Shown: positions 52,748-62,755, numbered from the stretch's first letter. The stretch: 64,000 nt of DNA from Bacteriovoracaceae bacterium (GCA_023701435.1 JAMPXB010000002.1:48171-112170); one strand, 5' to 3'. Translations and numbers: made by a program. The notes: generated by a model from the sequence alone, not told the origin.

Positions 52748-53524
52748 TTATTTTAGAAGAATTTCATTAATGTGCAAATCACTCAGGGCCTGTGCGGGTG
52801 ATCTTTCGAGTTGCAGTAAAATTTCCGGATCAGTAGCTTTAGCTAAAACGGCCCGGGTACTGGTTCTTTTCGGTCCAAATCGCTCACCTTTTTGTACGCC
52901 CCAACCTGTAAGGTGAAGACTTTTACGAATGGAAGAGCTGGCGGAATAGGTGGAAAGGATAACATCTTCATGAGAAGAATCTTTCAATAAGGAAAACCAT
53001 TCTTTGGTCCATAAAATAGGGTTCTTCTTGGGAGAAAAAGCGTCCTGATAAATGGCATGCCACTTTAAGGGATGATTTTTTAGATAGGCCGGCAGAGTTT
53101 TGCGGGCATCACCTTGAAGGATTGTGAGTTTGATAAAATCATTCTCCGCTTCCAGGATATTATTATCCTTCCACTGAAGATTTTTTAAAAAATAATGGTC
53201 CTGATGATTTTTTAGAAACCATTCCAGAAGATCAGCATCGAGTTCCAGCGAGACAAAATGCCATCTGCGGTCTGAAGGCAATTTCTCAAGGGTGGTTAAA
53301 AAGCCCACTCCCAAACCAAAGCCCACTTCCAGTATCACGAGGGGGCTAAACTTCAGAATATTTTCCTGGACCTTGGTGCCTTCAATGTAATGAAGAATGG
53401 TTTCGGCCCGGGCACCGGTAGTGGAGTGACAGGCCTCCTGAAAGGCTTCAGAAAAAAGAGTGTAGGAACCATCTGCGGTTTCCACCAGGCTATGATGGGG
53501 AGGGAGTGCTTTTTGATTGTTCAT
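52748..53524 (-). CDS. MnmC-N/MnmD-like tRNA (mnm5s2U34) methyltransferase
   Basis: ADGSYTLFSEAFQEACHS, ILEVGFGLGVGF, and AIYQDAFSPKKNPILW (compare MnmC DAWFLDGFAPAKNPDMW). Confidence 0.7.
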   Translation of the reverse strand: MNNQKALPPHHSLVETADGSYTLFSEAFQEACHSTTGARAETILHYIEGTKVQENILKFSPLVILEVGFGLGVGFLTTLEKLPSDRRWHFVSLELDADLLEWFLKNHQDHYFLKNLQWKDNNILEAENDFIKLTILQGDARKTLPAYLKNHPLKWHAIYQDAFSPKKNPILWTKEWFSLLKDSSHEDVILSTYSASSSIRKSLHLTGWGVQKGERFGPKRTSTRAVLAKATDPEILLQLERSPAQALSDLHINEILLK

Positions 53525-53688
53525 GGTAGAAATATAGCCAAACCGGGCCTTTTTGCCACCTTTCCTTGGCAGCTTTGAACGTATAAACAGTTGTTTTCTT
53601 AATTAACCCAAAAGTTTCAGGGGTTTCCCCGTACAATGTTCAAGGATTAAAGAGAATCTGACGAAAAGTATTTGGGAAAGGTGTAATT

Positions 53689-56600
53689 ATGACTAAATCT
53701 CAGACTTGTAAATTACTGATCATTACGACCATGATCTTCGTCTCTGGACTCAGCTCTGCTGAGGATGTGGGCAATGGCGAAACCCAGGTTGATCCTCAGG
53801 CGGAGGATATTAATTCACCAACGAGCATTGTCTATAAAAGGACTGCCACCCCAAAGAATAAGTATGGTTTGGGATCCGGCCTCACTGGCATGAATCCGAC
53901 TTTAGAGATAGACAAGTCTTATTTGTCAGAACCAACTCTTGATATCCACCGTCTCAAGTACAATCCTCAGGGCGACGGTACTGGAATTAAAGTTGATAGC
54001 CAGAAGTATCTTAATGGTCGTCTGGAGAATCCTGGACTCCAGCTTGATTTAACGGGTTTGCCTTATTTATATACCGATTTTAGTTGTAATAGGATGCCTG
54101 AAAGTTTTGAACTCTTTAAGGATATTAAAGATGAGGCAAATGTTTGTTTCGCAAATAAAATTCCCGTTTCTGAGAGAGTAAAATATTCTGAGGAACAGTT
54201 ACTTAAGGCCGATGCTGAACTTTGTAAGTGTCTTAGTAAATCAACCTTTACTTCCATTCAGGACTTAATGAAAGAGGGGCGTGCAAAGAGCAACGGATTT
54301 CGAACAAATGAAGATATCCAGAAAGATGTTAAAGAGAATATTTTGAACATGGTGACAAAGGTTGCGACTTTGCAGGATGGGATGATGTTTCAGTCTCATA
54401 TGCTCTTTAGTGGTGATAGCAAACTTTCAAAAAAAGCAGCGATTAATTCCTCCACTTATAGTGGGAACTTTATCAATACCCTATTTAAAAATGGTGGAGC
54501 TGCCGCTGAGACGATTAAGGCCAGTGGAAATATTATGGCATTGAAAGCGATTGATGCTTCAGGTCGGGGTGGCAGTCCCATGATACCATCGGTCTTTGGA
54601 ATGAATGCATATAAAAAAGAGAACAATGCTCTAAAACCGATCATCACCAAGGCCCTGAGTCAAATTGAATTAAAGACAAATAGCGTGGAACTCCTAGCGG
54701 AGCCGGAGTTTGCTCCAGGCCAGTGCATGGGGGCCAAAGAATATTTTTCCTATATGCAGTTTCCGATGGATAAACAGTTTTATGGATTATTAAGGGATGA
54801 GACAACTTTTGATCCAAAAAGATGGGACTTCAAAGAGCTTGAAAATAGACTTAAAGTTTTGGCGACAGAAAAAAATCGCGACGATAAAGAAGTAACTGAT
54901 ATTAAGTTACGACTGCGCTTTTTGTATCGCAATCCTCTGATGAAAAACCTTTTTGCCGCTGATGATAAATATGATGATTATGCAGAAGCCAAAAAACTTG
55001 ATAGCGCGACAAAAAACCGACTAGAAAAGATTTCAAAAACCATTCTACCGGCCAAAAAACAAGAGCTATTTGAAATTATTAAAAATCATGTGGCCCCTAA
55101 AGATCCCGCTTGTTTTAATAAAAATTTTGCCTGTAGGAATAACGCTGTAAAAAATGTTGCAAATTATGATGGCGCGATAAAAAAATTCTTCGATAATCCC
55201 AACGTTTCATTTCTTACCACTGCTCAAGCTGAAAAATCGGCCATGGCCGAAGTTAATAACTTAATAGAAAATCCTATCCCTCCTCAAGTTCTACCAACAA
55301 GTCAAAAGGAACTAGAGGATCAGGTTTTCAAGAGTATGCACAGTAATGGAGCACCTCATCCCAATGATTGCAGTCTCGTGGCTTCATTGCATGAAGGAAA
55401 AGAACTTGATCCGGCCTGTGTCTATACTTACGCATCCTATTGTCCAATGTTAGACAAAGTCAAAGACCAGATTGCAAATAAAGAGCTTGATGTTACCAGA
55501 ATTTCCAGAGATTTAAGTTTGGAAACAACTAATATGTTTGAGCCAGATATTGAAAAGAATCTTGATCTCAAAACTACTAACAACCAATTATGTAACTTTA
55601 AAAGAAAACCCAAAGATGGCGGTCCGGCACGAAGTTTTAATGATTTCCATGAGGAATTCTGCCAAAAAAATAAGAGTGATAAGCTTTGCGCCAACCGTTC
55701 TTATGAAAATATTATGGCACTAAGAAAAGTCTATGGTGAGAAATATCTGCCAGCAGAAAGTCCTGCCAAAGAGGGATCTTTATCTAAAATGATTGCTGAT
55801 GAAGTTAATGCGATTGAATCTCTCCTTATTCATAGAGAAATTCCAAACAGTACCCGTTCTGATGCTAAAGAGATTGCCAACGGGGATTCATCACCGATTA
55901 ATCGTGGTCTTGATGAATTTTTAAAAGAATTTAATGCTGTAGGCGGAGAACTTCCAACTGATAATAAAGTTGAAGGTCCGGGAATGTTGGCCAATCTTAA
56001 TACTGTCATGAAAAGTAATGACAGTGCCGCCCCTGGAATCATGGATTCCTATGATGGTGACGGATTAGGCTATTCTAATTCGCAGGCCCTGGCGTCGAAT
56101 GCAGTAGTTGAACCACCTAAAATTGAGAATATGAGTGATGAGAGTAAAGAAGAATTATTAGGTCAGTGGAAAAGTGAATTTGAAGACTGGAAGAAAGCCA
56201 ATAAAGGCAAAGAAGAGAGTGCTTCTGCCAGTAGTGCTGAAGCTTCTATGAAAGCTAAAATTGAAGCTCTTGAGACGCTTTTAACTGAACAGAGGAAACT
56301 CACTAACGATCAGTATAAACTTTTAAATGAGGCCATTGCCAATCAACGTGTTCAGGCACTGCCGGTGCAACCGCAAGTTGCTGCAAACAATGCTGATAAA
56401 GAAGTTCAGGAAAGAGTTAAGGCCAGATCATCTTCAGGCTTTACCACTTCTTCTTCGGGCTCTGGTATTTCAGATGAAACCCAGCGTGCTCCGGCCAGTG
56501 TAAAAGAATTTAATACCAGCGGCAGTGGCGCTGGTAACAGTAGCGGGGCTTCCGCTTCTAGCAGAAAATCATCATCAAGCTCTGGTGCTGTCTCCAGTGC

Positions 56601-57006
56601 CGCGGATTCTGTGGCGCGAGAAGAAGCGAAACTTGTAAACCTACGCCGCTTTTCAGATGGTTCTATTACTATTGAAACAGTGAACAGAGGAAGTCAGGCG
56701 TCGGCCAATGCCATTACTGTTCCGGTGAGTGATGAGCAATACCGCTTGCTGCAATCTAATCCAACCGCCCTTAACTTAAGTAATATTGAGAAGAGTATTC
56801 CACAAGATCAGATGGCCCGGTTGGAGAAGACTGGACAAATCATCCTGGTTCTTCAGAATGGATCAAACCCGCCATTTGAAGTGAAGGTTGAGAAGAAAGA
56901 CAATAAACTTGTTTACCAGCTTAAAGACAACCTGGGCAACAAGGTTAATCCAGTGCAAAGGATTTACACCAGACAGGCCCTGGAACTTCAGCTTAAGACT
57001 CAATAA
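53689..57006 (+). CDS. Large (1105 aa) secreted hypothetical protein with coiled-coil and Ser-rich segments
   Basis: Signal peptide MTKSQTCKLLIITTMIFVSGLSSA; many Cys in the first 650 aa; coiled coil KAKIEALETLLTEQRKL; Ser/Gly tract SSSGFTTSSSGSG..SSRKSSSSSGAVSS. Confidence 0.7.
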   Translation: MTKSQTCKLLIITTMIFVSGLSSAEDVGNGETQVDPQAEDINSPTSIVYKRTATPKNKYGLGSGLTGMNPTLEIDKSYLSEPTLDIHRLKYNPQGDGTGIKVDSQKYLNGRLENPGLQLDLTGLPYLYTDFSCNRMPESFELFKDIKDEANVCFANKIPVSERVKYSEEQLLKADAELCKCLSKSTFTSIQDLMKEGRAKSNGFRTNEDIQKDVKENILNMVTKVATLQDGMMFQSHMLFSGDSKLSKKAAINSSTYSGNFINTLFKNGGAAAETIKASGNIMALKAIDASGRGGSPMIPSVFGMNAYKKENNALKPIITKALSQIELKTNSVELLAEPEFAPGQCMGAKEYFSYMQFPMDKQFYGLLRDETTFDPKRWDFKELENRLKVLATEKNRDDKEVTDIKLRLRFLYRNPLMKNLFAADDKYDDYAEAKKLDSATKNRLEKISKTILPAKKQELFEIIKNHVAPKDPACFNKNFACRNNAVKNVANYDGAIKKFFDNPNVSFLTTAQAEKSAMAEVNNLIENPIPPQVLPTSQKELEDQVFKSMHSNGAPHPNDCSLVASLHEGKELDPACVYTYASYCPMLDKVKDQIANKELDVTRISRDLSLETTNMFEPDIEKNLDLKTTNNQLCNFKRKPKDGGPARSFNDFHEEFCQKNKSDKLCANRSYENIMALRKVYGEKYLPAESPAKEGSLSKMIADEVNAIESLLIHREIPNSTRSDAKEIANGDSSPINRGLDEFLKEFNAVGGELPTDNKVEGPGMLANLNTVMKSNDSAAPGIMDSYDGDGLGYSNSQALASNAVVEPPKIENMSDESKEELLGQWKSEFEDWKKANKGKEESASASSAEASMKAKIEALETLLTEQRKLTNDQYKLLNEAIANQRVQALPVQPQVAANNADKEVQERVKARSSSGFTTSSSGSGISDETQRAPASVKEFNTSGSGAGNSSGASASSRKSSSSSGAVSSAADSVAREEAKLVNLRRFSDGSITIETVNRGSQASANAITVPVSDEQYRLLQSNPTALNLSNIEKSIPQDQMARLEKTGQIILVLQNGSNPPFEVKVEKKDNKLVYQLKDNLGNKVNPVQRIYTRQALELQLKTQ

Positions 57007-57748
57007 AATCCTTAATCCTATCAGCTACCCATTTGGGATCATCCGACGTGAGGTCATGACCTCCGGTCGGATGTTCCTCTATTGGGGTATGCCATTTTTT
57101 GGCAATGGCCCGGGAACACTCCACACTCACCATCCGATCATTGGTGGAGGCAAGCAGGTGTAAAGGCAGAGGGGGAATAAATTGACCTGGCCTGAAAGTT
57201 CCGGCCGCAAAAAGTTGGCGCAGGCTATTTTCAAAACTTACTGGACGCTCTTTTTGAATGCTATCCCACAGATCAAGGTTTTCTCCAAAAGTTTCCTGGT
57301 GATTGGTAACGAGTTTCAGGATATGAGATTCTTTACCTCGTCCTTGAAGGAACGGAACCCTAAGTAAAAAAAGCAAAGCTTCCGGGATGAGGCGATGATG
57401 AAAAGGCGAGATGCCGCCCATACTGGTATTGATTAAAGTTCCACCAGAAAAATCCGTGGGATACTTTTTCATCCATTCCACAGCAATCATTCCTCCCAGC
57501 GAGACAGCAATGAAGTGAGCATCTTCTTCTGCTAATTTTGCTTTAAGATAATCCCGACGCATTACTTCAACCATTCCTGAAACAGACAGCGGTGAGGCAG
57601 TGGAGTGATAATCCCCAGCACCGGGAATATCAATAGGAGTTAGTTTGGCATTGGGAAAGGTTGCCTGCAAATGATCAAGAAAGTTTCCCCAATGGGCCTT
57701 TTCACGGATTAATCCACGAATTAAGTAAAAATGTTTTTGCTTTGTCAT
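56993..57748 (-). CDS. Alpha/beta-fold hydrolase
   Basis: FYLIRGL.., nucleophile elbow FIAVSLGGMIA, distal D and H (GGHDL). Confidence 0.75.
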   Translation of the reverse strand: MTKQKHFYLIRGLIREKAHWGNFLDHLQATFPNAKLTPIDIPGAGDYHSTASPLSVSGMVEVMRRDYLKAKLAEEDAHFIAVSLGGMIAVEWMKKYPTDFSGGTLINTSMGGISPFHHRLIPEALLFLLRVPFLQGRGKESHILKLVTNHQETFGENLDLWDSIQKERPVSFENSLRQLFAAGTFRPGQFIPPLPLHLLASTNDRMVSVECSRAIAKKWHTPIEEHPTGGHDLTSDDPKWVADRIKDFIES

Positions 57749-57772
57749 ACTTAACCATCTTACACTTTTTTA

Positions 57773-58513
57773 ATGAGTTTGCAGCCCTACTATGAAGAAT
57801 CCTATCACACTGAACGAGGTCGATCCGCTACCGAGCTAATGCACGAGGTGACGACGTATTCCAAGGGGCTCTTTAATTTTGTCGTTGAATCTAAGAATCG
57901 CTTCCTTCCAAATGTTGACTGGAGTGGTCTGAAGATTTTGGAAATGGGAGCGGGTAGGGGAGGACTAGGTCTCCTCCTGGCGAGGCTTGGGGCCCAGGTG
58001 ACACTGGTGGACTTCTCCCCTACTGCTTTAGATCAAGCAAAAATGATCTTTGCTTTAGAAGGCCTTGAAGTGAAAACCATTCAGGGGGATGTTACTCATC
58101 CTGACCTTATGTTGCCTCACAAGTATGACATCATTGTTGACTCTCACTTGCTGCATTGTCTGACTGAGGATCCCGACCGCTCAAGCTATTATCAACTGAT
58201 TCGAGATCATTTGAGCGAGAATGGGATTTTTGTTGCAGAAAGTATGGTTCACCGGAAAAAGCTCTTTATTCCGGATGGTTTTATGTTTGATGAAAAAAAT
58301 GTTCTTTGGCAGATGTTCGGAAAATGGACACCGATTCGAAGGATCCTTGATTCTTTAGATCTGGAAAAAGAGCTGAGTGATGCCCACTTCAATATTGTTT
58401 ATTTCTACTATTACGGCCAATATGGCTTCGTTCCACACCGAAGCTTTATGGATATTCCCGCTGAGATACTGCCTGCCGCCGTGAGAATGGTAGTGCAAAA
58501 AAAACAACTCTAG
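57773..58513 (+). CDS. Class I SAM-dependent methyltransferase
   Basis: Motif I ILEMGAGRGGLG and acidic VTLVDFS. Confidence 0.75.
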   Translation: MSLQPYYEESYHTERGRSATELMHEVTTYSKGLFNFVVESKNRFLPNVDWSGLKILEMGAGRGGLGLLLARLGAQVTLVDFSPTALDQAKMIFALEGLEVKTIQGDVTHPDLMLPHKYDIIVDSHLLHCLTEDPDRSSYYQLIRDHLSENGIFVAESMVHRKKLFIPDGFMFDEKNVLWQMFGKWTPIRRILDSLDLEKELSDAHFNIVYFYYYGQYGFVPHRSFMDIPAEILPAAVRMVVQKKQL

Positions 58514-58612
58514 TCTGGTATGCTTATAATTTTTTAATCTTATGATGGTTGATACTCTAAGTCATGCAAATGAAGCACCTATAATAAGCATGACAACCAA
58601 AAGGAGAAAAAA

Positions 58613-58873
58613 ATGAATGTTAATATCACTTTTCGTCACATGGAACATACCCCGGCCCTTGATCAGATGATTCGCGAGAAGTCTGAGAAGTTTGGCAAAT
58701 GGTTTGGTGCTCAATCAAACATCCATTGGACTTGTTGGACAGAAGGTATTAACCATTGTTCTGAAGTTAACATTCAGTCCGGCCAGCAGGAATTCTTTGC
58801 TAAGGCCCAGGCCGATGATCTCTATAAAACTTTCGATTTAGTTGTTCATAAAATTCAAAATCAATTGAAGTAG
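58613..58873 (+). CDS. hpf: Short ribosome hibernation factor (HPF/RaiA family)
   Basis: MNVNITFRHMEHTPALDQMIREKSEKF..; 86 aa; AAGGAG SD. Confidence 0.8.
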   Translation: MNVNITFRHMEHTPALDQMIREKSEKFGKWFGAQSNIHWTCWTEGINHCSEVNIQSGQQEFFAKAQADDLYKTFDLVVHKIQNQLK

Positions 58874-58883
58874 CCTGGAGAAC

Positions 58884-60569
58884 ATGATGACAAAAATTTG
58901 GTACAAGGCCTACGATGCCGGGGTTCCTTACGAGATTAATCCAAGTGAGTATTCTTCGATTAATGACATGCTGGAAATGTCTTTTACAAAATTTAAAAAC
59001 AATCCGGCATATCATAATATGGGAACAACTCTGACTTACGCAGAAATTGATCTCTTAAGCCGAAAGTTTGCAAGCTATCTGCAAAATGAACTGAAGCTCA
59101 AGCAAGGTGATCGCGTGGCGATCATGATGCCAAATATTCTTCAGTACCCCATCGCACTATTCGGAATCCTTCGTGCCGGAATGGTGGCAGTGAATGTGAA
59201 TCCGCTTTATACCGCCCGAGAGCTTGAACATCAGTTAAAAGACTCTGGCACTAAGGCGATTGTCATTTTTGCCAACTCGGCCCATGTTCTTGAAAAAGTT
59301 CTGGCCAGCACACCGGTGAAGCACATCATCACCACTCAAATTGGAGACATGCTTAAGTTTCCAAAAAACTACATCGTTAATTTCGTTATCAAAAAAGTTA
59401 AAAAGATGGTGCCGGAATTTCATCTGCCAACAATGCTTGATTTCAAATCATGCGTGATGAAAGGCGATGAGAGTAGTTTTAAAAAACCAACAGTCACGTT
59501 GGAAGATACGGCCTTTTTACAATATACCGGAGGTACAACCGGTGTTGCCAAAGGAGCTGTCCTCACTCATAGAAATATGGTGGCCAATATGCTTCAGGCC
59601 CGCGCCTGGATTAAAAATTTTATCAGTGATGGTAAAGAAATCATTATCACTCCACTGCCGCTGTATCACATCTTCTCACTTACAGCGAACTGCTTTGTTT
59701 TTGGTTCTGTCGGGGCCTTAAACATTCTTATAACAAATCCGCGGGACATTCCGGGCTTTGTGAAAGAACTAAAAAACTGGAAATTCACGGCCTTTACCGG
59801 GGTGAATACTTTGTTCAACGGTCTTTTAAACAATGATGAATTCAGAAAGCTCGATTTCTCTAGTTTAAAGCTAACTTTAGGCGGCGGTATGGCCGTTCAG
59901 AAGGCCGTTGCTGAAAGATGGAAGCAAGTCACTGGACGTCCGCTAATCGAGGCCTATGGCCTCACTGAGACCTCTCCTGCTGCCTGTATCAATCCGATGA
60001 CCTTAAAAGAGTTCAATGGCTTCATTGGAGTTCCCATTCCTTCAACGGATGTGGAAATTAAAGATGATGATGGAAAGACAGTGGCACTTGGTGAAATCGG
60101 GGAGATCTCCATCAAGGGTCCGCAAGTGATGGCCGGATATTATAACCGTCCGGAAGAAACAGAAAAAGTGATGACTGCTGATGGATTCTTCAAGACTGGG
60201 GATCTGGGTTATATGACGGAAGAGGGCTTCGTTAAAATCGTCGATCGCAAAAAAGATATGATTCTTGTTTCCGGATTTAACGTTTATCCCAACGAACTTG
60301 AAGACGTGATCGTTGGACATCCGAAGGTGTTAGAAGTCGCTGCCATTGGAATTCCTGATGAGAAGTCCGGTGAAGTGGTAAAAATCTTCGTGGTGAAAAA
60401 AGATGAAAGTCTTACCCAGGAAGAATTGATGAAATTCTGCCGGGAGCAGCTGACTTCTTATAAAGTTCCTAAATCCATCGAATTTAGAACTGAACTGCCT
60501 AAGTCAAATGTTGGTAAGATTCTTCGAAAGGATTTGCGGGCCGAGGCGCTGGCGAAATCTAAAGACTGA
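58884..60569 (+). CDS. fadD: Long-chain fatty acid-CoA ligase
   Basis: LQYTGGTTGVAKGAVLTHRN (AMP-binding), AYGLTETSP, TGDLGYM, and C-terminal SNVGKILRKDLR. Confidence 0.9.
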   Translation: MMTKIWYKAYDAGVPYEINPSEYSSINDMLEMSFTKFKNNPAYHNMGTTLTYAEIDLLSRKFASYLQNELKLKQGDRVAIMMPNILQYPIALFGILRAGMVAVNVNPLYTARELEHQLKDSGTKAIVIFANSAHVLEKVLASTPVKHIITTQIGDMLKFPKNYIVNFVIKKVKKMVPEFHLPTMLDFKSCVMKGDESSFKKPTVTLEDTAFLQYTGGTTGVAKGAVLTHRNMVANMLQARAWIKNFISDGKEIIITPLPLYHIFSLTANCFVFGSVGALNILITNPRDIPGFVKELKNWKFTAFTGVNTLFNGLLNNDEFRKLDFSSLKLTLGGGMAVQKAVAERWKQVTGRPLIEAYGLTETSPAACINPMTLKEFNGFIGVPIPSTDVEIKDDDGKTVALGEIGEISIKGPQVMAGYYNRPEETEKVMTADGFFKTGDLGYMTEEGFVKIVDRKKDMILVSGFNVYPNELEDVIVGHPKVLEVAAIGIPDEKSGEVVKIFVVKKDESLTQEELMKFCREQLTSYKVPKSIEFRTELPKSNVGKILRKDLRAEALAKSKD

Positions 60570-60578
60570 ATGATTTCA

Positions 60579-60606
60579 ATAAGGTGGACCGACTGGTCCG
60601 CCTTAT
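60579..60606 (+). terminator. Hairpin directly after fadD (no T-run)
   Basis: ataaggtggacc-gact-ggtccgccttat: 12-bp arms with one G-U pair. Confidence 0.4.
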
Positions 60607-60759
60607 CAGACTAAAAGCATATATAAGTTAGTAAAAGTAAGAAAAGAAAGATTCCCCGTTAACGTAAGCTAACCTTAAGATTGAAGTAAGCAATAATTAA
60701 GAATCAAGGAAGATTTGTAGACCAGAAAGGGATTTCTGGCCTTAACGAAAAGCCTAAAT

Positions 60760-60788
60760 GGGCCACTGTGCAGGTGGCCCTTTTTTTT
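60760..60788 (+). terminator. Strong plus-strand rho-independent terminator
   Basis: GGGCCAC-tgtgcag-GTGGCCC followed by T8, about 190 nt downstream of the fadD stop. Confidence 0.8.
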
Positions 60789-60792
60789 GCTA

Positions 60793-62373
60793 CTAGTTTG
60801 GTTCCAGCGCCTGAGGCGGAGACCATTTCCTGATATTTTCCCGTTCAATCACTTCCACATTATATTTTGAAATATCTTGCCCGAGTCGCTGTTTATATTC
60901 GGCCTTCACCTGTGAGGCCTGCTCTTCGGCCCTTTTGAGCACCGTTGAGAGATCTTCATGGGGTTTGACTAGGGATGAACCGATTGAAATAGATCCCCGA
61001 TAAGTGGCCTTTTCCTGAGAAGCCTTCAAGTATTCTTGAAGTTTATATTCTTTAAATTTATTAAAATCACTGACGGCCAGGTCCTGATCTGCTTTTGAAA
61101 GAATCTTTTTCATTACTTCCGGCAAATCTTCTATCTTTTCAGCTTTTTTAACTGCCCGGTATTGTTTTACCGATGTTCTTATTTCCTGACTGAAAATGTG
61201 ACGAATTTGTGGATTGTAGTCTACTTCATTGATCATTCTTTGCGAAATTTGTTTTATCATTTGAGGGTTATTACTGCCCAAAACAATAACAAGTTCATCT
61301 CCGCCATTTTTGAAAATCATATCTCCTGGGCGCATGGCCTTACGGAGGGATTCACCCACACTGGTTAAATACTGATCTCCGGTCTGGGTACCTCCAGCAA
61401 AGTAATTGGTTTTGCCAAGATTGTTGACATCGACAAAAATCAAGCTGCTGGTTCCGGCCTTCTCTTTAACAAGGTTATTAAGAATTTCTTTGCCAATAGT
61501 GGAATTTGAATCAATAGCGAGGGTTTTGGCATCCACTGGTACGTCCTGGGTGACATGATGGATGATGCCATTTTTATCGGTGATATTTTTTGAGTATTTA
61601 AGAACCTTAGTGCCATCAGGAAGTTCCACTTCGTGGAGCCGGGACTCTTTGAGCAGGAGAAGTTGTTTTCGTGGTTGACTGGTTTCTTTCAGGGCAATGG
61701 CGGCCAGTTTTAGTCGATTTTCGAGTGTCGCTTTTTCCAGACCATTAATGAGTTTGGTCTCACTGACGAAATTTTTCAGCGCCCGAGTGGTATTAAGAGC
61801 GATTTTGGCCCCTTGCACGAACTTGGCAGGAGATACGACTAAGAGGAAAACATCAGTTACGCCCTTACAAATGATTTCACTTTGCTTTTCCAAAGGTAGA
61901 CAAGGAAAGCTCTTGATCTCACTCATCAGGGTGTTCTTAAGTTCTTCGCTGAATTTTAGAAATTCATCCCAGTACTTTTTGGCAGTACTCCAGATACTAC
62001 TTTGGGAAGAAAGATTGATTCTGGCTATGCTTAGAGACATCTCGATAGGGTTCAAATCTGCCTTTAAAAGCTTCTCTATGCTTTTATTTGCCTCATCCCA
62101 TGCCCAAGCAGGGGCCTCGATTAAAAGAAGTTTTACGAGCTCTACAAAGCCTTGAATGAGTCCGGTGCCTGACTTCCATCCCCCACTAAGGCAGCCGGTG
62201 ACAATATCAAGATAGGAGTCGTCTATTTTTTTTGAACAGCTGGCCTCATTAATGGCAGTGATATCCTGCTCCATGAGGATCATCTCGGAAAGTATAGAAT
62301 GGGGTTCTATGCATTCATCGCTATAGACAGAAAAGCTAATAAGCATGAGCAACAGACACATGAATCTATTCAT
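60793..62373 (-). CDS. GGDEF-domain protein with signal-peptide-like N-terminus
   Basis: MNRFMCLLLMLISFSVYS. The C-terminal half is IFVDVNNLGKTN..GDQYLTSVGESLRKAMRPGDMIFKNGGDELVIVL, with RxxD five residues before GGDEL. The ATG overlaps the upstream gene by 8 nt. Confidence 0.75.
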   Translation of the reverse strand: MNRFMCLLLMLISFSVYSDECIEPHSILSEMILMEQDITAINEASCSKKIDDSYLDIVTGCLSGGWKSGTGLIQGFVELVKLLLIEAPAWAWDEANKSIEKLLKADLNPIEMSLSIARINLSSQSSIWSTAKKYWDEFLKFSEELKNTLMSEIKSFPCLPLEKQSEIICKGVTDVFLLVVSPAKFVQGAKIALNTTRALKNFVSETKLINGLEKATLENRLKLAAIALKETSQPRKQLLLLKESRLHEVELPDGTKVLKYSKNITDKNGIIHHVTQDVPVDAKTLAIDSNSTIGKEILNNLVKEKAGTSSLIFVDVNNLGKTNYFAGGTQTGDQYLTSVGESLRKAMRPGDMIFKNGGDELVIVLGSNNPQMIKQISQRMINEVDYNPQIRHIFSQEIRTSVKQYRAVKKAEKIEDLPEVMKKILSKADQDLAVSDFNKFKEYKLQEYLKASQEKATYRGSISIGSSLVKPHEDLSTVLKRAEEQASQVKAEYKQRLGQDISKYNVEVIERENIRKWSPPQALEPN

Positions 62374-62755
62374 GGGTGAGGACCCAATTCAGGAGAGTTT
62401 CTTGAGGAGCTTTGACCAGGGAGTCCGGACCTTTCCAAAGAAGAACCATTATTGATTCTTTTCTGGGACACCACGATTGAGACCAATCTGATTTCTTTAT
62501 GGCCGGAACATGTCGACAGCCGTGACCATCAGGTCTCACTTGTTGGATGAACTTTAAGAGTTTTTCCTGTAAGGAGAATTTTTGAACCATCAAACTTGGA
62601 ACTTCCATTAAGTCTTTTTTTGGATCAGCATAGGCCCAAGTCAGAACGACGGGTGCGAGGCTGTTCATTTCGATCCATCCTGAAGGGGTCTTGGGATGTA
62701 GAGCTTCCGCCTGGAGATTGGATGAGAAAAGAATAATGAATAAAAAAAACTTCAT
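62366..62755 (-). CDS. Small secreted hypothetical protein
   Basis: Signal peptide MKFFLFIILFSSNLQA; co-oriented with and overlapping the GGDEF gene. Confidence 0.5.
   Translation of the reverse strand: MKFFLFIILFSSNLQAEALHPKTPSGWIEMNSLAPVVLTWAYADPKKDLMEVPSLMVQKFSLQEKLLKFIQQVRPDGHGCRHVPAIKKSDWSQSWCPRKESIMVLLWKGPDSLVKAPQETLLNWVLTHE

Noticed and set aside
58515-58612. Possible sigma-54 promoter or structured leader before hpf (ctggtatgcttataa..tataataagcat)
   Set aside because: The GG/GC spacing does not fit sigma-54. The distant imperfect inverted repeat is too weak to call as a regulatory structure.
61697-62155. 152-aa plus-strand ORF
   Set aside because: It is antisense to the GGDEF-protein gene and has no supporting features.
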